A stretch of 64,000 nucleotides of DNA from Octopus vulgaris. Taxonomy: Eukaryota. Where the stretch lies: assembly GCA_951406725.2 (NCBI GenBank), contig OX597818.1, positions 17,980,001 through 18,044,000 of the forward strand. Direction: 5' to 3'. The position numbers were made by a program, and so were the translations under genes. The notes beneath the pieces are model-generated. The model was not told the DNA's origin and did no database searches. It saw nothing but the letters and a program-made list of their open reading frames with translations. Every line of letters begins with the position of its first letter. Position 1 is the stretch's first letter. This document shows positions 27,201-38,901 of the stretch, piece by piece.

Positions 27201-28418
27201 CCCTTTCGTGACTAACCCGGCCGAAAAATGTTTTGGTTCATAATACCAACCCAGTCGAGAGAACCTATTGTTATTTAAATGTAAATTTGAACCCAATTCT
27301 CGTTGGTACATTTGTAAAAATACGTGATTTCACTTTGTAAATAGTCGGCTTATAGTATCCGACATTGCTTGACCTGATATCTGAACTCAGTGAATTTTGG
27401 GAGATTTTTTTCCACATTTTTTTCGGCATCGATTTTTCTTCAACTTTGAAAATGGATTGGAGTTTCATGTTATCAAGCATTGATTACGAATTTAAAGCTT
27501 TTTCAACGGAAAATAGGGAGAAAGAATGAATGAGATAAAAAGCACGTGGTGTACGAGAATGAATAGGATATTTCGGTATCCGAAACTGAAAGCAGTGATT
27601 TCGAAGAATGGCGACAGCAAAGACGATTTTACATCAGAATGAAGTAAAACACTTTAAAAATGTTTTTATTAGCAATTTTTCTGAGGAGATAGTTTATCTA
27701 TAGTCTTTCTTAGGAAGCGAAACCATTAGACTTTATTTTTTTCAGCATGCTTGTTTGGAGCGATCACTGTGGAAGCAAATGGTTTCGCAGATTGTAAACA
27801 AACACACAATGGGGGATCAAAGTTTGGAAAATTTGTGAAGCAAATACTGGGTACTGCGTGGATTTAGTTTTTATACAGGGAAAATTATGTTAGTCAGCAT
27901 GGCCTAGGGAATGATGTGGTCTGGAATTTACCCCTTCCATACCATAACTAGGGCCGTATATTATATTTTGACCGATTTCTTTAGTTCGGTCAAACTTGCG
28001 GTGTATTCCAGTATTTCAGTTTATTCCACCTTTATGGTACACCTGTTGTGCATTAAATACAACTGATGATCTAGTGATGTGCACAATTTTTCTTTATCAA
28101 AATTTTGTTGCATACCCATTTGAATATTAGCTGATGATTCATTTTCTATGGCGATGTTTAAACAAAAGTTTAATATTTTTACTTTTTGCTCAATTTACCT
28201 GGATTTACCTGTAATTAAAGTCACTTTGAGACAAAAGTTATGTAATAGAATTGATTAAGAACCCTTTCTTTAATTATGCTCCAAATATCACATTAATATG
28301 TTGATAAGTAAAAAAGTTACAGTTATTTAATGAAGCAAGCCTAAATTCATGATTATTTTAGAATTTAATTGAAACTCATGAGGGGTGTATTTTGATTAGA
28401 AATATAGTAACGAAAGGG
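27201..28418 (+). mobile_element. Non-autonomous piggyBac with transposase remnants
   Basis: TTAA|ccctttcg ... cgaaaggg|TTAA. Remnants read WGIKVWKICEANTGY..YTGK (~27810-27885) and GLGNDVVWNL...ILYFDRF..SSVKL with frameshifts. Confidence 0.92.
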
Positions 28419-28764
28419 TTAAACAGTAATTCAACAAAATGGTGGTTCTATAGATTGAACAACTAAACTGTCATTATCAAATAACAGAGAACCATCCACC
28501 TACCCACCCATCCAGTTGTAATTGTTGCCATAAATGGTATTGATATTGTGTTTATATTGGCTTTATTAATATCCTTGTTGGAAGAGGGAGACCCAGGAAG
28601 ACATGGGATGAAGTATTGAAGGTTTATCTTGAAATGCTAAATCCTATGGAGATGACACACATTTCTGTATTCAAGAAAGCCTGCCAACCACAACAGAATT
28701 GAGATCCTAAAACCAAGGTGCCAACTCACTGTCCACTAGGCTGTGAAATTGTTGTGGGTGGTGG

Positions 28765-28945
28765 TGCCACTTAAAAAGAGCCAGTACACACTGTAAAGTG
28801 GTTGGTGTTAGGAAAGGCATCCAGCCGTAGAAACCAAGCCAAAAGAGATTATGGAAACTGGTGCTCTGACCTTATCAGTTCCTGTCAGGCTGTCCAACCC
28901 ATGCTAGCATGGCAAATGGACATTAAACATTAACGATGATGATAA
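28765..28945 (+). mobile_element. LINE(RTE-like) 3'-tail fragment ending in (GAT)n
   Basis: gtggttggtgttaggaaaggcatccagccgtagaaacc...ccaacccatgctagcatgg...gatgatgat; same family at 39745-39945, 40180-40290, 55930-56208 and 59415-59562. Confidence 0.7.
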
Positions 28946-29880
28946 TGGATGTTGCAATAGCAGCTTTATATTCTGCATGTTCGGTGTTGCTGCTTATATT
29001 CTTCGTTTTTGCAGTTTATTGACATGCAAACCATTCATTAATGGAGAAGATGAAGGCATATCTCAGAATACTTTCTCTGATGATAGCTGTACTGGTTCCA
29101 AGTTACAGAAACTATTGGTAAAAATTCAACTCTGAGACAGGAAATCAATGCCCGGGAATTGATATGTTTGTAAATATATGTGAAAACATCTACATGTAAT
29201 CAACTTACTTGTGTTCAACCTACCTGGACAGGTGACAGTGATATGACAACAGGTAAAAACAACATTCACAACATATACCAACAATCATTACATCATACCA
29301 CCAAGTTTTATCCAAATTCCTGAAATAATTATATTTTTATGATTTATATACTGAACTAACTGGATTCCATCAAAATCTCTGGTTTCTAATAATGGACTGG
29401 AAGAGTTAGAGACATAACACTACAAGAAGTGAAAAAATTACTCGTAACAATAAAAAGACAGTGCAACTAATACAATAAGCAAATACAAACACAATACCCA
29501 CCATCACTGCATAAAAAAGAATATGTGACTCTACATGGCCATTTGACCTGCTAGAAATAGCAACCAAATCTTTCTCAAATTGAATTCTGTTGTTTTATAA
29601 AAGTAAAGGACATAGATAATATGTTGTGAAATTATTATTTTGCATTAATTGGTTTGATTTGAAATAAAGTTCCATGCCCCATGGTTTCTTTGGGGGTGTT
29701 TCAGCTTCATTTGTTATCATTAATATTCTTGAATGGTTAAAACTAAAAAATTATGGTGAGAAAAGGACTGGATGTTGTGGTTTGTAAAGGGGCTTTGGGT
29801 AGCTGTAGATAAAATGTGTCTAAAAAAGGATGGGGTGGTCATGACTGAAATGCCTTCCATCGTAAGTTTGCTCAATCCAA

Positions 29881-30310
29881 CAAGGCTGAAACGGAGTTAA
29901 ACAATAACTAGAGGAAAAGGACCAAAAGTACACATTACACATCTTAAGAAATAATGCAAAGTAACTTGCAGAAACAGGCTTGGGTATGTGGTTAAGCAGT
30001 TCACTTCACAAGCATGTAGTCCCAGGTTCAGTCCCATTTTGTGGCATTTTGAGCAAAAGTCTTTTATGATAGTCTTAGATTGACCAATGCCTTGCAAATG
30101 AACTTGGTAAATGGAATCTGTGTGGAAGTCCCTTGCGTGTGAGTGTGTGTATGCATGTTTCTAAGCCTGTCTTTGTGTAAACACTACAAAGATAAATCCA
30201 TGTTTTGTAACTAGGCAATAGGACAAATAGCAATTGCTAAAATAAGTACCAGGTGTAATGGACTACAAACCTTCAGGATGGTGCTCCTGCATGGCCACAC
30301 TCCAATGAAT
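29881..30310 (+). repeat. Left arm of ~430-bp inverted duplication (partner 34062-34492), containing a decayed family-A SINE
   Basis: ttaaacaataactagaggaaaaggaccaaaagtacac...atgatagtcttagattgaccaatgccttgcaaatgaacttggta is reverse-complementary to 34062-34492. ORFs 29897-30097(-) and 34149-34466(+) share peptide sequence. Confidence 0.85.
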
Positions 30311-30521
30311 GAAATACATAAAAGCATATAAGAGAAAACGAGTAACTAGTTTCCCCACCACCACAAGCCAGAAGGATATAATCATTATTGGTTTAATATA
30401 TCTATCTACCTTAATAATGGTCCTATCACATTTCTTCTCTTTGCCCTTAACTTTACAATGGCTATTTTCTCGTTAAGGATAAGAAGGATACTCAACTGTG
30501 AATAATAAGATAAGAGATAAA

Positions 30522-30752
30522 GATCCTTCCCAAGTCATACAGACTCATAGGCCAGTTTCTCAGTTTCCATGGTACATATATTTTCTCCTTGGATAGGACG
30601 CCAGTCAGTTTCAGGATCACTCGTTTTTGCCAGCTAAGTGAACTGAAGCAACATGAAGTGTTTGCTCAAGAACACAACGTTTCCCTTGGTCCAGGAATCA
30701 AAACCACAATCATGATTTTAACACCCTAACCAATAAGTCATGTGCCCCCATT
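30522..30752 (-). mobile_element. SINE family C
   Basis: tttttgccagctaagtgaactg...tgctcaagaacacaac...ccaggaatcaaaaccac...accctaacc; matches 56880-57388. Confidence 0.75.
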
Positions 30753-30863
30753 CAACCTTTAATGAGAATCTAATTTCCATGTGAACAACTGAATAAAGAA
30801 TAACAAACACTTCAATTTCACATTTTGCTAAATATATTTGACAATTGTCCATCTATCTATTAA

Positions 30864-31928
30864 CTCTTTCGTTACCAAACCGCCCAAAGCCACCCGAAAA
30901 AAATTTTGGTTAATGTGACCAAACCGCCCAAAGCCGCCCGAAAAAAATTTTGGTTAATGTGACCAAACCGCCCGTATTTACCTATTCATATTTAAATGAG
31001 AATATCAGAGCAAATCTCTTTAGTACATTCGTGAAAATACATATTATACTTCGTAAACAGTTCAACTACAGTTTTGTACAACAATCGAAGTGTAATTTTA
31101 ATTCTGTGAATTTTGGGAGATTTTTTTCCGAAATTTGTTCCTATTGTATTTTCAAAATTTGTAATTCTGACAAAAAATGGATACGAATTTCATTATATCA
31201 AGCAGCGAGTCAGAATTCGAAGGATTTTCTACTGAAGACCTTCATAAATCTAACTCTATGACTGAAAAAAAAGCATGTGGTATTTGATAATGAATCTGAT
31301 GTTTCATTTTCCGAAAGTGAAAACAGTGAATCCGAGAGCTCCGACAGCGATAAAGAAAATGAATTGGCACCTGAATGGAGTGAAAATTTAAAAACTGTTT
31401 CTTTCGGTGATTTTTCTGAAGAAACTGGACCAAGCCACAGACTTTCCCAGGAGAGTAAAGCTTTAGACTATTTCTTTTTACTTTTTCGAATGAGCCTATT
31501 TGAAATCAATACGGCGGAAACGAACCGTTACGCTAAATGTAAACAAAGCGAAAGAAAGGATAGTTAGTGGTTTCCCACAACCTTAAATGAAATTAAGACT
31601 ATTTTGACATAAATATTATTATGGGTATCAGAAAGTTACCCAGAATAACAAATTTTATCAGCGATGTTTGAACAAAATTTTAATAATTTAAAATTTTGCT
31701 GAATTTACCTGTATCTACCTGCAATTAGAGTCACTTTGTGACAAAAATTATAGTATAGAATTGGTTGAGAATATTTCATTAAATTATCTTCCAAAAATCA
31801 GATTAATATATTGATAAATAAAAAAGTTATAGTTGTTTAATGAAACCAGACTAAATTAATGATTATGTTAGAAATTAATTGAAACACATAAGGGGTGTAT
31901 TTTGGTCAGAAATATAGTAACGAAAGGG
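30864..31928 (+). mobile_element. Non-autonomous piggyBac with N-terminal transposase remnant
   Basis: TTAA|ctctttcgttac ... gtaacgaaaggg|TTAA; 44-bp subterminal tandem duplication. ORF 31277-31567 has an acidic N-terminus then TGPS...LDYFFLLF...AETNRYA, followed by W.PTT.NEIK..MGI.KLP. Confidence 0.92.
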
Positions 31929-31932
31929 TTAA

Positions 31933-32960
31933 ATGAGAATATCAGAGCAAATCTCTTTAGTACATTCGTGAAAACACGTGATTATACTTCGTAAACAGTT
32001 TATCTACAGTTTTGTACAATGATCGACGTGTAATTTTAATTCCCTGAATTTTGGGAGATTTTTTCGGCATCGATTTTTCTACAACTTTGAAAATGGATAG
32101 GAGTTTCATGTTATCAAGCATTGATTCCGAATTGGAAAATTTGTGAAACAAATACTGGGTACTGTTGTGGATTTAGTTTTTATACAGGGAAACTAATGTT
32201 AGTCAGCATGGCTTAGGGTATGGTGTGGTCTGGAAGTTATTGTTTGAAGCGATCAATGTGGAAACAAACTTACGCAGAATCTAAGAAACACAAAATGGGG
32301 GTTCAAATTTCGGAAAATTTGTGAAGCAAATACTGGGTACTGCGTGGATTTAGTTTTTATACAGGGAAAATTATGTTAGTCAGCATGGCCTAGGGAACAA
32401 TGTGGTCTGGAATTTATCACTTCCATACCATAACCAGGGCCGTATATTATTTTTTGACCGATTTCTTTAGTTTGGTCAAACTTATGGTGGATTCCAGTAT
32501 TTCACTTTATTCCACCTTTATGGTACACCTGTTGTGCATTAAATTCAACTGATGATCTAGTGATGTGCACAATTCTTCTTTATCAAAATTTTGTTGCATA
32601 CCCATTTGAATATTAGCTGATGATTCATTTTCTATGGTGATGTTTAAACAAAATTTTAATATTTTTACCTTTTGCTCAATTTGAAATTTTAATATTTTTA
32701 CCTTTTGCTCAATTTGAAATTTTAATATTTTTACCTTTTGCTCAATTTACCTGTAATTAAAGTCACTTTGAGACAAAAGTTATGCAATAGAATTGATTAA
32801 GAACCCTTTCTTTAATTATGTTCCAAATATCACATTAATATGTTGATAAGTAAAAAAGTTACAGTTATTTAATGAAACAAGCCTAGATTCATGATTATTT
32901 TAGAATTTAATTGAAACTCATGAGGGGTGTATTTTGGTCAGAAATATAGTAACGAAAGGG
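31933..32960 (+). mobile_element. Second piggyBac copy lacking its left TIR, directly abutting the first
   Basis: Starts at the family-internal TTAA (atgagaatatcagagcaaatctc, cf. 30992-31020) and ends gtaacgaaaggg|TTAA 32961-32964. Duplicated ICEANTGY segment and a triplicated ~33-bp unit at 32651-32748. Confidence 0.88.
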
Positions 32961-33261
32961 TTAACTGACACTAAGATTAGTAAATGTTTTTTTCTTCTAA
33001 ACTATTGTAAGTGGCCAACAGAATAACAGGATAATTAAATTTATTTTTATTTTGGGATAAAAGTTGAAATTATCACTAATATGTACAAGTTCAAAGGTAA
33101 TTTTCCCAGTTTGTTGTAAAAAAATTTTCACCAAAATACTTCGAAATTACCACAAAGAAGACACTTTATATATATATATATATATATATATTGATAGAAA
33201 TGGTAAGACAACAAAAGAATGAAAGAGACCTCGATGTTATGTAAATAGAGGAATTTGTCTG

Positions 33262-33471
33262 TAAATATAATATGTGACAATTATTCGGTAGCCATGATAA
33301 AACTCCGATTTTTGGATGTCGGGGCGGAAACCCACGCCGCCATCTCTTCAGTTATCCGCATTTTTTTTGATGGCCGGATAACTGAAGTGATGGCGGCATG
33401 GGCTTCCGCCCCAACATCCGAAACTCTGAGTCTTATCATGGCTACCGAATAACTGTCACATATTATATTTA
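33262..33471. repeat. Long inverted repeat (~97-bp arms) carrying hammerhead-like motifs, Penelope-like terminal repeat
   Basis: 33262-33358 is the imperfect reverse complement of 33375-33471; GC-rich. Confidence 0.85.
33377..33437 (+). ncRNA. Candidate minimal type-I hammerhead ribozyme (mutated)
   Basis: gataa-CTGAAGt-gatg...catc-c-GAAA-ctc t gag-TC/ttatc. The opposite arm supplies CTGAAGA but has a mutated GAAA. Confidence 0.5.
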
Positions 33472-33542
33472 GTATATTCAGTTCAGTATATAAATCATAT
33501 ATATATATATATATATGTATACACACACATACAAATGCATAT

Positions 33543-33599
<57 letters not shown>

Positions 33600-34061
33600 T
33601 TCTGCCTGTTTACATATTTAACTATAAAGACACTTTTATTTTCTTATTGTTTACATTCTTATCTATGAAATACACTTTATATTTTATCCTGTTTACACCT
33701 GTCTATGAATATATTATATATTCTGTTTGTTTACAAAAATATTTGCAGAAATAAAAAAGAAATTTAAATAAAATTTAAAACTCATAAAATTGAGTCTGAT
33801 AAGTTAGAAGGTTAATTCAAAAGAAGTCTTTTTTTTACAGTTTTATAAGCAAATATTCCAGGTGTCGAGTAGTAGTTGCATTTAATGAAACTAAGCCAAA
33901 TGATGTTCTCAGTTCAAATTCTGCTGAGATCAATTTAGCTTTCTTCCTTACAGGGATGATAAAATAAATTATCAGTTGAGGTCTAGGGTTGACTAACTCT
34001 GTTCCCTCAAAGTTGCTAGCCTTGTGCCAAAATTTGAAGCCATTAATAAGAGAAATGGACA

Positions 34062-34492
34062 AAAATTATTTTGAGTGTGGCCATGCAGGAACACCACCCA
34101 GAAGGTTTGTAGTCCATTGTACCTGATAATTACTTTAGCAATCACTATTTGTCCCACTACCAAATTTTAAAATCAGATTTTTCTTTTCAGTGTTTACACC
34201 AAGACAGACATAAAAACAGATGTATAAACTCACACACAAAGGACTTTCACACAGATTCTATCTACCAAGTTCATTTGCAAGGCATTGGTCAATCTAAGAC
34301 TATCATAAAAGATTTTTGCTCAAAATGCCACAAAGTGGGACTGAACCTGAGACTACATGCATGTGAAGTGAACTGCTTAACCACACACTCAAGCCTGTTC
34401 CAGCAAGTTATTTTGCATTATTTCCTAAGATATGTGTATTGTGTACTTTTGGTCCTTTTCCTCTAGTTATTGTTTAATTCCTGTTCAGCCTG
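34062..34492 (-). repeat. Right arm of inverted duplication (partner 29881-30310)
   Basis: Reverse complement of 29881-30310, including non-SINE flank. Confidence 0.85.
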
Positions 34493-34630
34493 GGTATGTC
34501 AGCTTGAGTACCATTGTTTTACATACCGAAATATCCCATACCCTAAAACAGTGATTCCAAAACCGTTTTATATATTTGTGCTCCAGCATAGCCACAACCT
34601 TTAGGCTGAAATGTATAAAAGAATATATCA

Positions 34631-34965
34631 GGTGTGGCTGTGTGTTAAGGAGCTTGCTTCCCAACTACATGGTTCCAGGTTCAGTCCCACTGTATGGCAC
34701 CTTGGGCAAGTGTCTTCTACTATAGACTCGGGTCATCCAAAGCCTTATAAGTGAATTTGGTAGACGGAAACTGAAAGAAGCATGTCATATATGTGTGTGT
34801 GTGACTTTGTATTTATGTCTCCATAACTTGGCAGTTTGGCAAAAGACCGATAAAATAAGTACCAGGCTTAAACTTTAAAAAAAAATTCCTAAGATTGATT
34901 CATTTGACTAAAAATTCTTCAAAACAGTGCCCCAGGATGGTTGCAGACTGAAACAAGTAAAACAT
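34631..34965 (+). mobile_element. SINE family A
   Basis: ggtgtggctgtgtgttaaggagcttgcttcccaac...ggttcagtcccactgtatggcaccttgggcaagtgtcttctactatag...gactgaaacaagtaaa. Confidence 0.85.
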
Positions 34966-35887
34966 AAGAGACGTGTGTGTTTGTGTGTGTTTGTATGTTT
35001 CTGTCTCCTTGCTGTGACTTCACATGATAGTCATAAACAAATTTTACTGACATGCAAGTAGTGTCCTTCATTTCCGATTCTTATGTGAAACATTTCTGAT
35101 CATAAGGAATATTATCTGACTTAGAAACAGGTGAAGGTTGGTGACAGGAAGTGCATCTGGCTACTGAAAATCTGCCTCACCAAATTCTGTCCAACTCATG
35201 CAAGCATGGAAAAGTGAACATTAAAATGCCAATGTCACCAACAATGATGACCTACCAGAAAATCTATTATGGCACACTTTAGAGGAAAATATATTTTGGT
35301 GTATTGCTGTGAATTAGCAAAATTGTTACAGAGTAGAACAAAATGCATTAATGTTTCTTTCTAACTCTCTATGCACCAAGTTCAAATCCCAATGAAGTCA
35401 ACTTTGCCTTTCATGCTTTTAAAGTTTATAAAATAAGGTACTAGTCCGGGGTAGTGGACTAATAGAATTGTTAAGGTGTTTTAGACTTAATACATTTAAA
35501 CCTGGTTTAAAATCATACCTTGGTCTTTTTGTGCCTTTAACAGAATTCATTCCACTGCAAATAACCAGACTATATTTCTAGCTTCAATGAAGAAAACTTT
35601 CCTTCTCACCAATCTTAGAGACTCTGAAAAGTAAAGGGCTTTGCAGGTTGCCATTGCCCTTTTCACTAAATGGTGAAAAAAGTTTCTAAAATGTATTTAT
35701 ATATTTTAACCTATAGGTGTAATTGAAGCTAGCAATGTAACATATAAGCAACTCACAAACTAGTACAACTTGGTAGCATGCATCATGTTTTTACTAATCG
35801 TTTTAGGTATTTATGTAATCGCCTATAGATATAGGTGCCCTCCTGACCGAGCAGAAGATCTATTCTGTGATACAAGAGAAAGATGCA

Positions 35888-36058
35888 AAGTAAATCATAA
35901 GAAAACAAATAAGTGAATTAATGTGAACTTACCTTGTATTCAATATTTTGGGGTTATGAAATTGATGAATGTTCTTGAAAATGGGGTCATAACCCAGATA
36001 TATTGAATACAAGGTAAGTCTACATTAATTCACATATTTGTTTTCTTGTGATTTACTT
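35888..36058. repeat. Hairpin/MITE-like inverted repeat (~72-bp arms, 27-nt spacer)
   Basis: 35888-35959 pairs with 35987-36058. Confidence 0.8.
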
Positions 36059-36129
36059 CACATTGTTTTGGCCTTACCCACTATCTTTTATACAATTATT
36101 ATTATTATTATACTGGTCAAAGTTTTTAG

Positions 36130-37515
36130 TGACATTTCTATCTTTTGAGATCAAACTCCACTGAGGTCAATTTTGCCTTTCATTTTCCTAGGGTTGATGA
36201 AATATATACCAGTCAAGCAATGGGATCAATGCAGACTTACATCCTCCCACCAAAATCTCAGGCCTTTTGTCTATAGTAAAAAGCATTATAATTATTATTA
36301 CTATTATTATTATTATTATTATTATTTATTATAACCATCATCATTATTTTTAAGGCAGCAAGCAGGCAGTATCATTAGCATACCAGGCAAAATGCTTAGC
36401 AGTATTTCATCCATTGTGACGTTCTGAGTTCAAATTCCGCTGAGGTGGACTTTGCCTTTCATCCTTTTGGGGGTCAATAAATTAAGTACCAGTTGCATAC
36501 TGGGGTAAATCTAATCGACTTGCTCCCTACCCAAAAATTTTGGGTCTTGTGCCTAGAGTAGAAAAGATTATTTCAGGGTCAATAAAATAAGTACTAGTTG
36601 AGTACTGGGTTGGTGCAATCGACTATGCCCTCCTCCAAATTTTGGGCCTTGTGCCTGTAATAGAAAGGATTATTATTATGATGATGAACATAATCATTGA
36701 GGTGGTAAGCTGGCAGAATTGTTAGTATGCCAGGCAAAATGCTTAGCAGCACTTTGTCCTTACATTCTGAATTCAAATTCTGCTAAGGTTGACTTTGCTT
36801 TTCATCCTTTCAGGGTTGATGAAATAAGTAGCAGTTACACAATGTGGTCGATGTAATCAACTAGCTCCCTCCTTACAAAACTTGTGCCTATAGTAGAAAG
36901 GATTATTATAATCCTTATCATGATTAAGGCAGTGAGCTCACACAATTGTCAGCATGCTAGACAAAATGCTTATGGAATTTCATCTATCTTTATATTCTGA
37001 GTTCAAATTCTACCAAGGCTGACTGCCTATGATCCTTTCGGAGTTGATAAAATAAGTACCAGTTGAACACTAGGGTCGGTGTAATTGACTTATACCCTAC
37101 CCCAAAATTTCTGGCCTTGTATCAATTTGTGAAACCATTATTATTAATATTATTATGGAAGTAATCTTGCAGAATCATTAGCCAGACAAAATGCTAGTAT
37201 ATTGTTTGTATTTACATTTTGAGTTCAAATTCAGCCATGGTTGACATTGCCTTTCAGTCTTATGTGGACAATAAAGTAGGTACCAGCTAAGCAATGGGGT
37301 TGATGTAATCGGCTAACCTCTTGCCCCCTAAATTTCAGACCTTGTGCCTATTGTATAAAGTATTACTATTATTATTACTATTATTAGGTTGACTTTGCCT
37401 TTCATCCATTTGGGGTTGATAAAGTATGTACCAGTTAAGTACTGGGGTTAATATAATCTACTAGCCTCCCCACTCTCCTAAAATACTTCAAGCCTTGTAT
37501 CAATTGTAGAAAAGG
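36130..37515 (+). mobile_element. Head-to-tail array of about seven family-B SINE copies/fragments
   Basis: gagttcaaattc...gactttgcctttcatcc...aagtaccagtt...ccttgtgccta.agtagaaa repeated with (ATT)n spacers. Confidence 0.85.
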
Positions 37516-37829
37516 CTGCTGTTTTCTTCTTCTTCTTCCAATCAAAACTCATGCCATTAGCCACAAAGAATAATCTCTAATTTGAGCCTACTCTAAGCTA
37601 CTAAGAATGTGTGTGGCAACTTGAAGATCCATCCACCACACGTGATAGACTGGCAGTTGCATGGGCATGAAAGCTATGTTGTTATCGTCATTCCATAAAC
37701 GGTGGCTTTTAATGGGTGGAGAGCTGAACCATCCTGGGGTACAGAGGATTCGCAATCTAGACTAGGGTCTGAAAGTTTACCATACCATAGTGGGTCACAC
37801 CATGGTTCCTCTGCTTTGTAGCAGAAGTG

Positions 37830-38016
37830 GGAAGAAAGAGTGAGAGAAAGTTGTAGTGAAAGCATACAGTGGGGTTCACCACACTCCCCTGCCAGAGCCT
37901 TGTGGAGCTTAGGTGTTTTTGCTCAATAAACACTCACAATGCTCAGACCAGGAATCGAAACCGCGTTCTTACGACCGTGAGTCCACTGCCCGAACCACTG
38001 GGCCATTATGCCTCCA
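37830..38016 (-). mobile_element. tRNA-derived SINE family E
   Basis: Minus strand ggaggcataatggcccagtggttcgg (A box) ... ggtttcgattcc (B box) ... gtttattgagcaaaaacacctaagctccac; copies at 44027-44322 and 60100-60295. Confidence 0.8.
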
Positions 38017-38060
38017 CAGACTGCTGTTGTTGTTGGTATTTTACTATTATCGGTGGTGGC

Positions 38061-38094
<34 letters not shown>

Positions 38095-38526
38095 TCTCTT
38101 TGTGTCTGTATAGACCATGTACGTGTTGATTGACTTACTAGATTACGAAAACAATGTTTCTTTCCAACCAGTTCCGAAGACTTCAGACAGAAAGTGCTTT
38201 TCTTTCAATATTAACAGTTCCAAGCAATGTAGATTTTGGTCTGAAGTTGATGCTTATTTTTATTTGAAGTTATTTGAAGTAGAGTGGAAACTATTGGTAA
38301 ATTAAGCCTAGAGCCTATTATTGATATTATGCTTGTTATCTCCACATTCTTGAGAACACTAACCTAAGTTGGAAGTACTTAACAAATATCTTTAAATTCC
38401 TTTTGGGCAGTATTTATGGTCTCTAGGTATAGTAATATTCATTAAAATCCATTAGTGCTTCCTTATCAAAATCCACACTATCAGATATTTTTATTTAACT
38501 TTCATGGCACAAAAATTATTTTAGAT

Positions 38527-38901
38527 AGGTGTAGGAGTGGCTGTGTGGCAAGTAGCTTGCTTACCAACCACATGGTTCCGGGTTCAGTCCCACAGCATGT
38601 CACCTTGAGTAAGTGTCTTCTACTATAGCTTCAGGCTGACCAATGCCTTGTGAGTGGATTTGGTAGACGGAAACTGAATGAAGTCCGTCGTATGTATGTA
38701 TATATGTGTGTGTGTTTGTCCTACTAACATCACTTGACAACCGATGCTGATGTGTTTATGTCCCCATAACTTAGTGGTTCGGCAAAATAGACTGATAAAA
38801 TAAGTACTAGGCTTACAAAGAATAAGTACTGGGGTCGATTTGTTCAACTAAGGTGGTGCTCTAGCATGGCCACAGTCAAATGACTGAAACAAGTAAAAGA
38901 G
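38527..38901 (+). mobile_element. SINE family A, near full length
   Basis: ggtgtaggagtggctgtgtggcaagtagc...ccgggttcagtccc...tgactgaaacaagtaaaagag. Confidence 0.9.

Noticed and set aside
33255-33562. Opposite-strand ORFs with similar peptides (likewise 55502-55723)
   Set aside because: A consequence of the DNA palindromes, not protein genes.
38139-38240. Minus-strand exon-like segment (ttcag acceptor, gtaagt donor) as an upstream coding exon
   Set aside because: Stops in all three frames and a weak pyrimidine tract; at most a UTR exon, unsupported.
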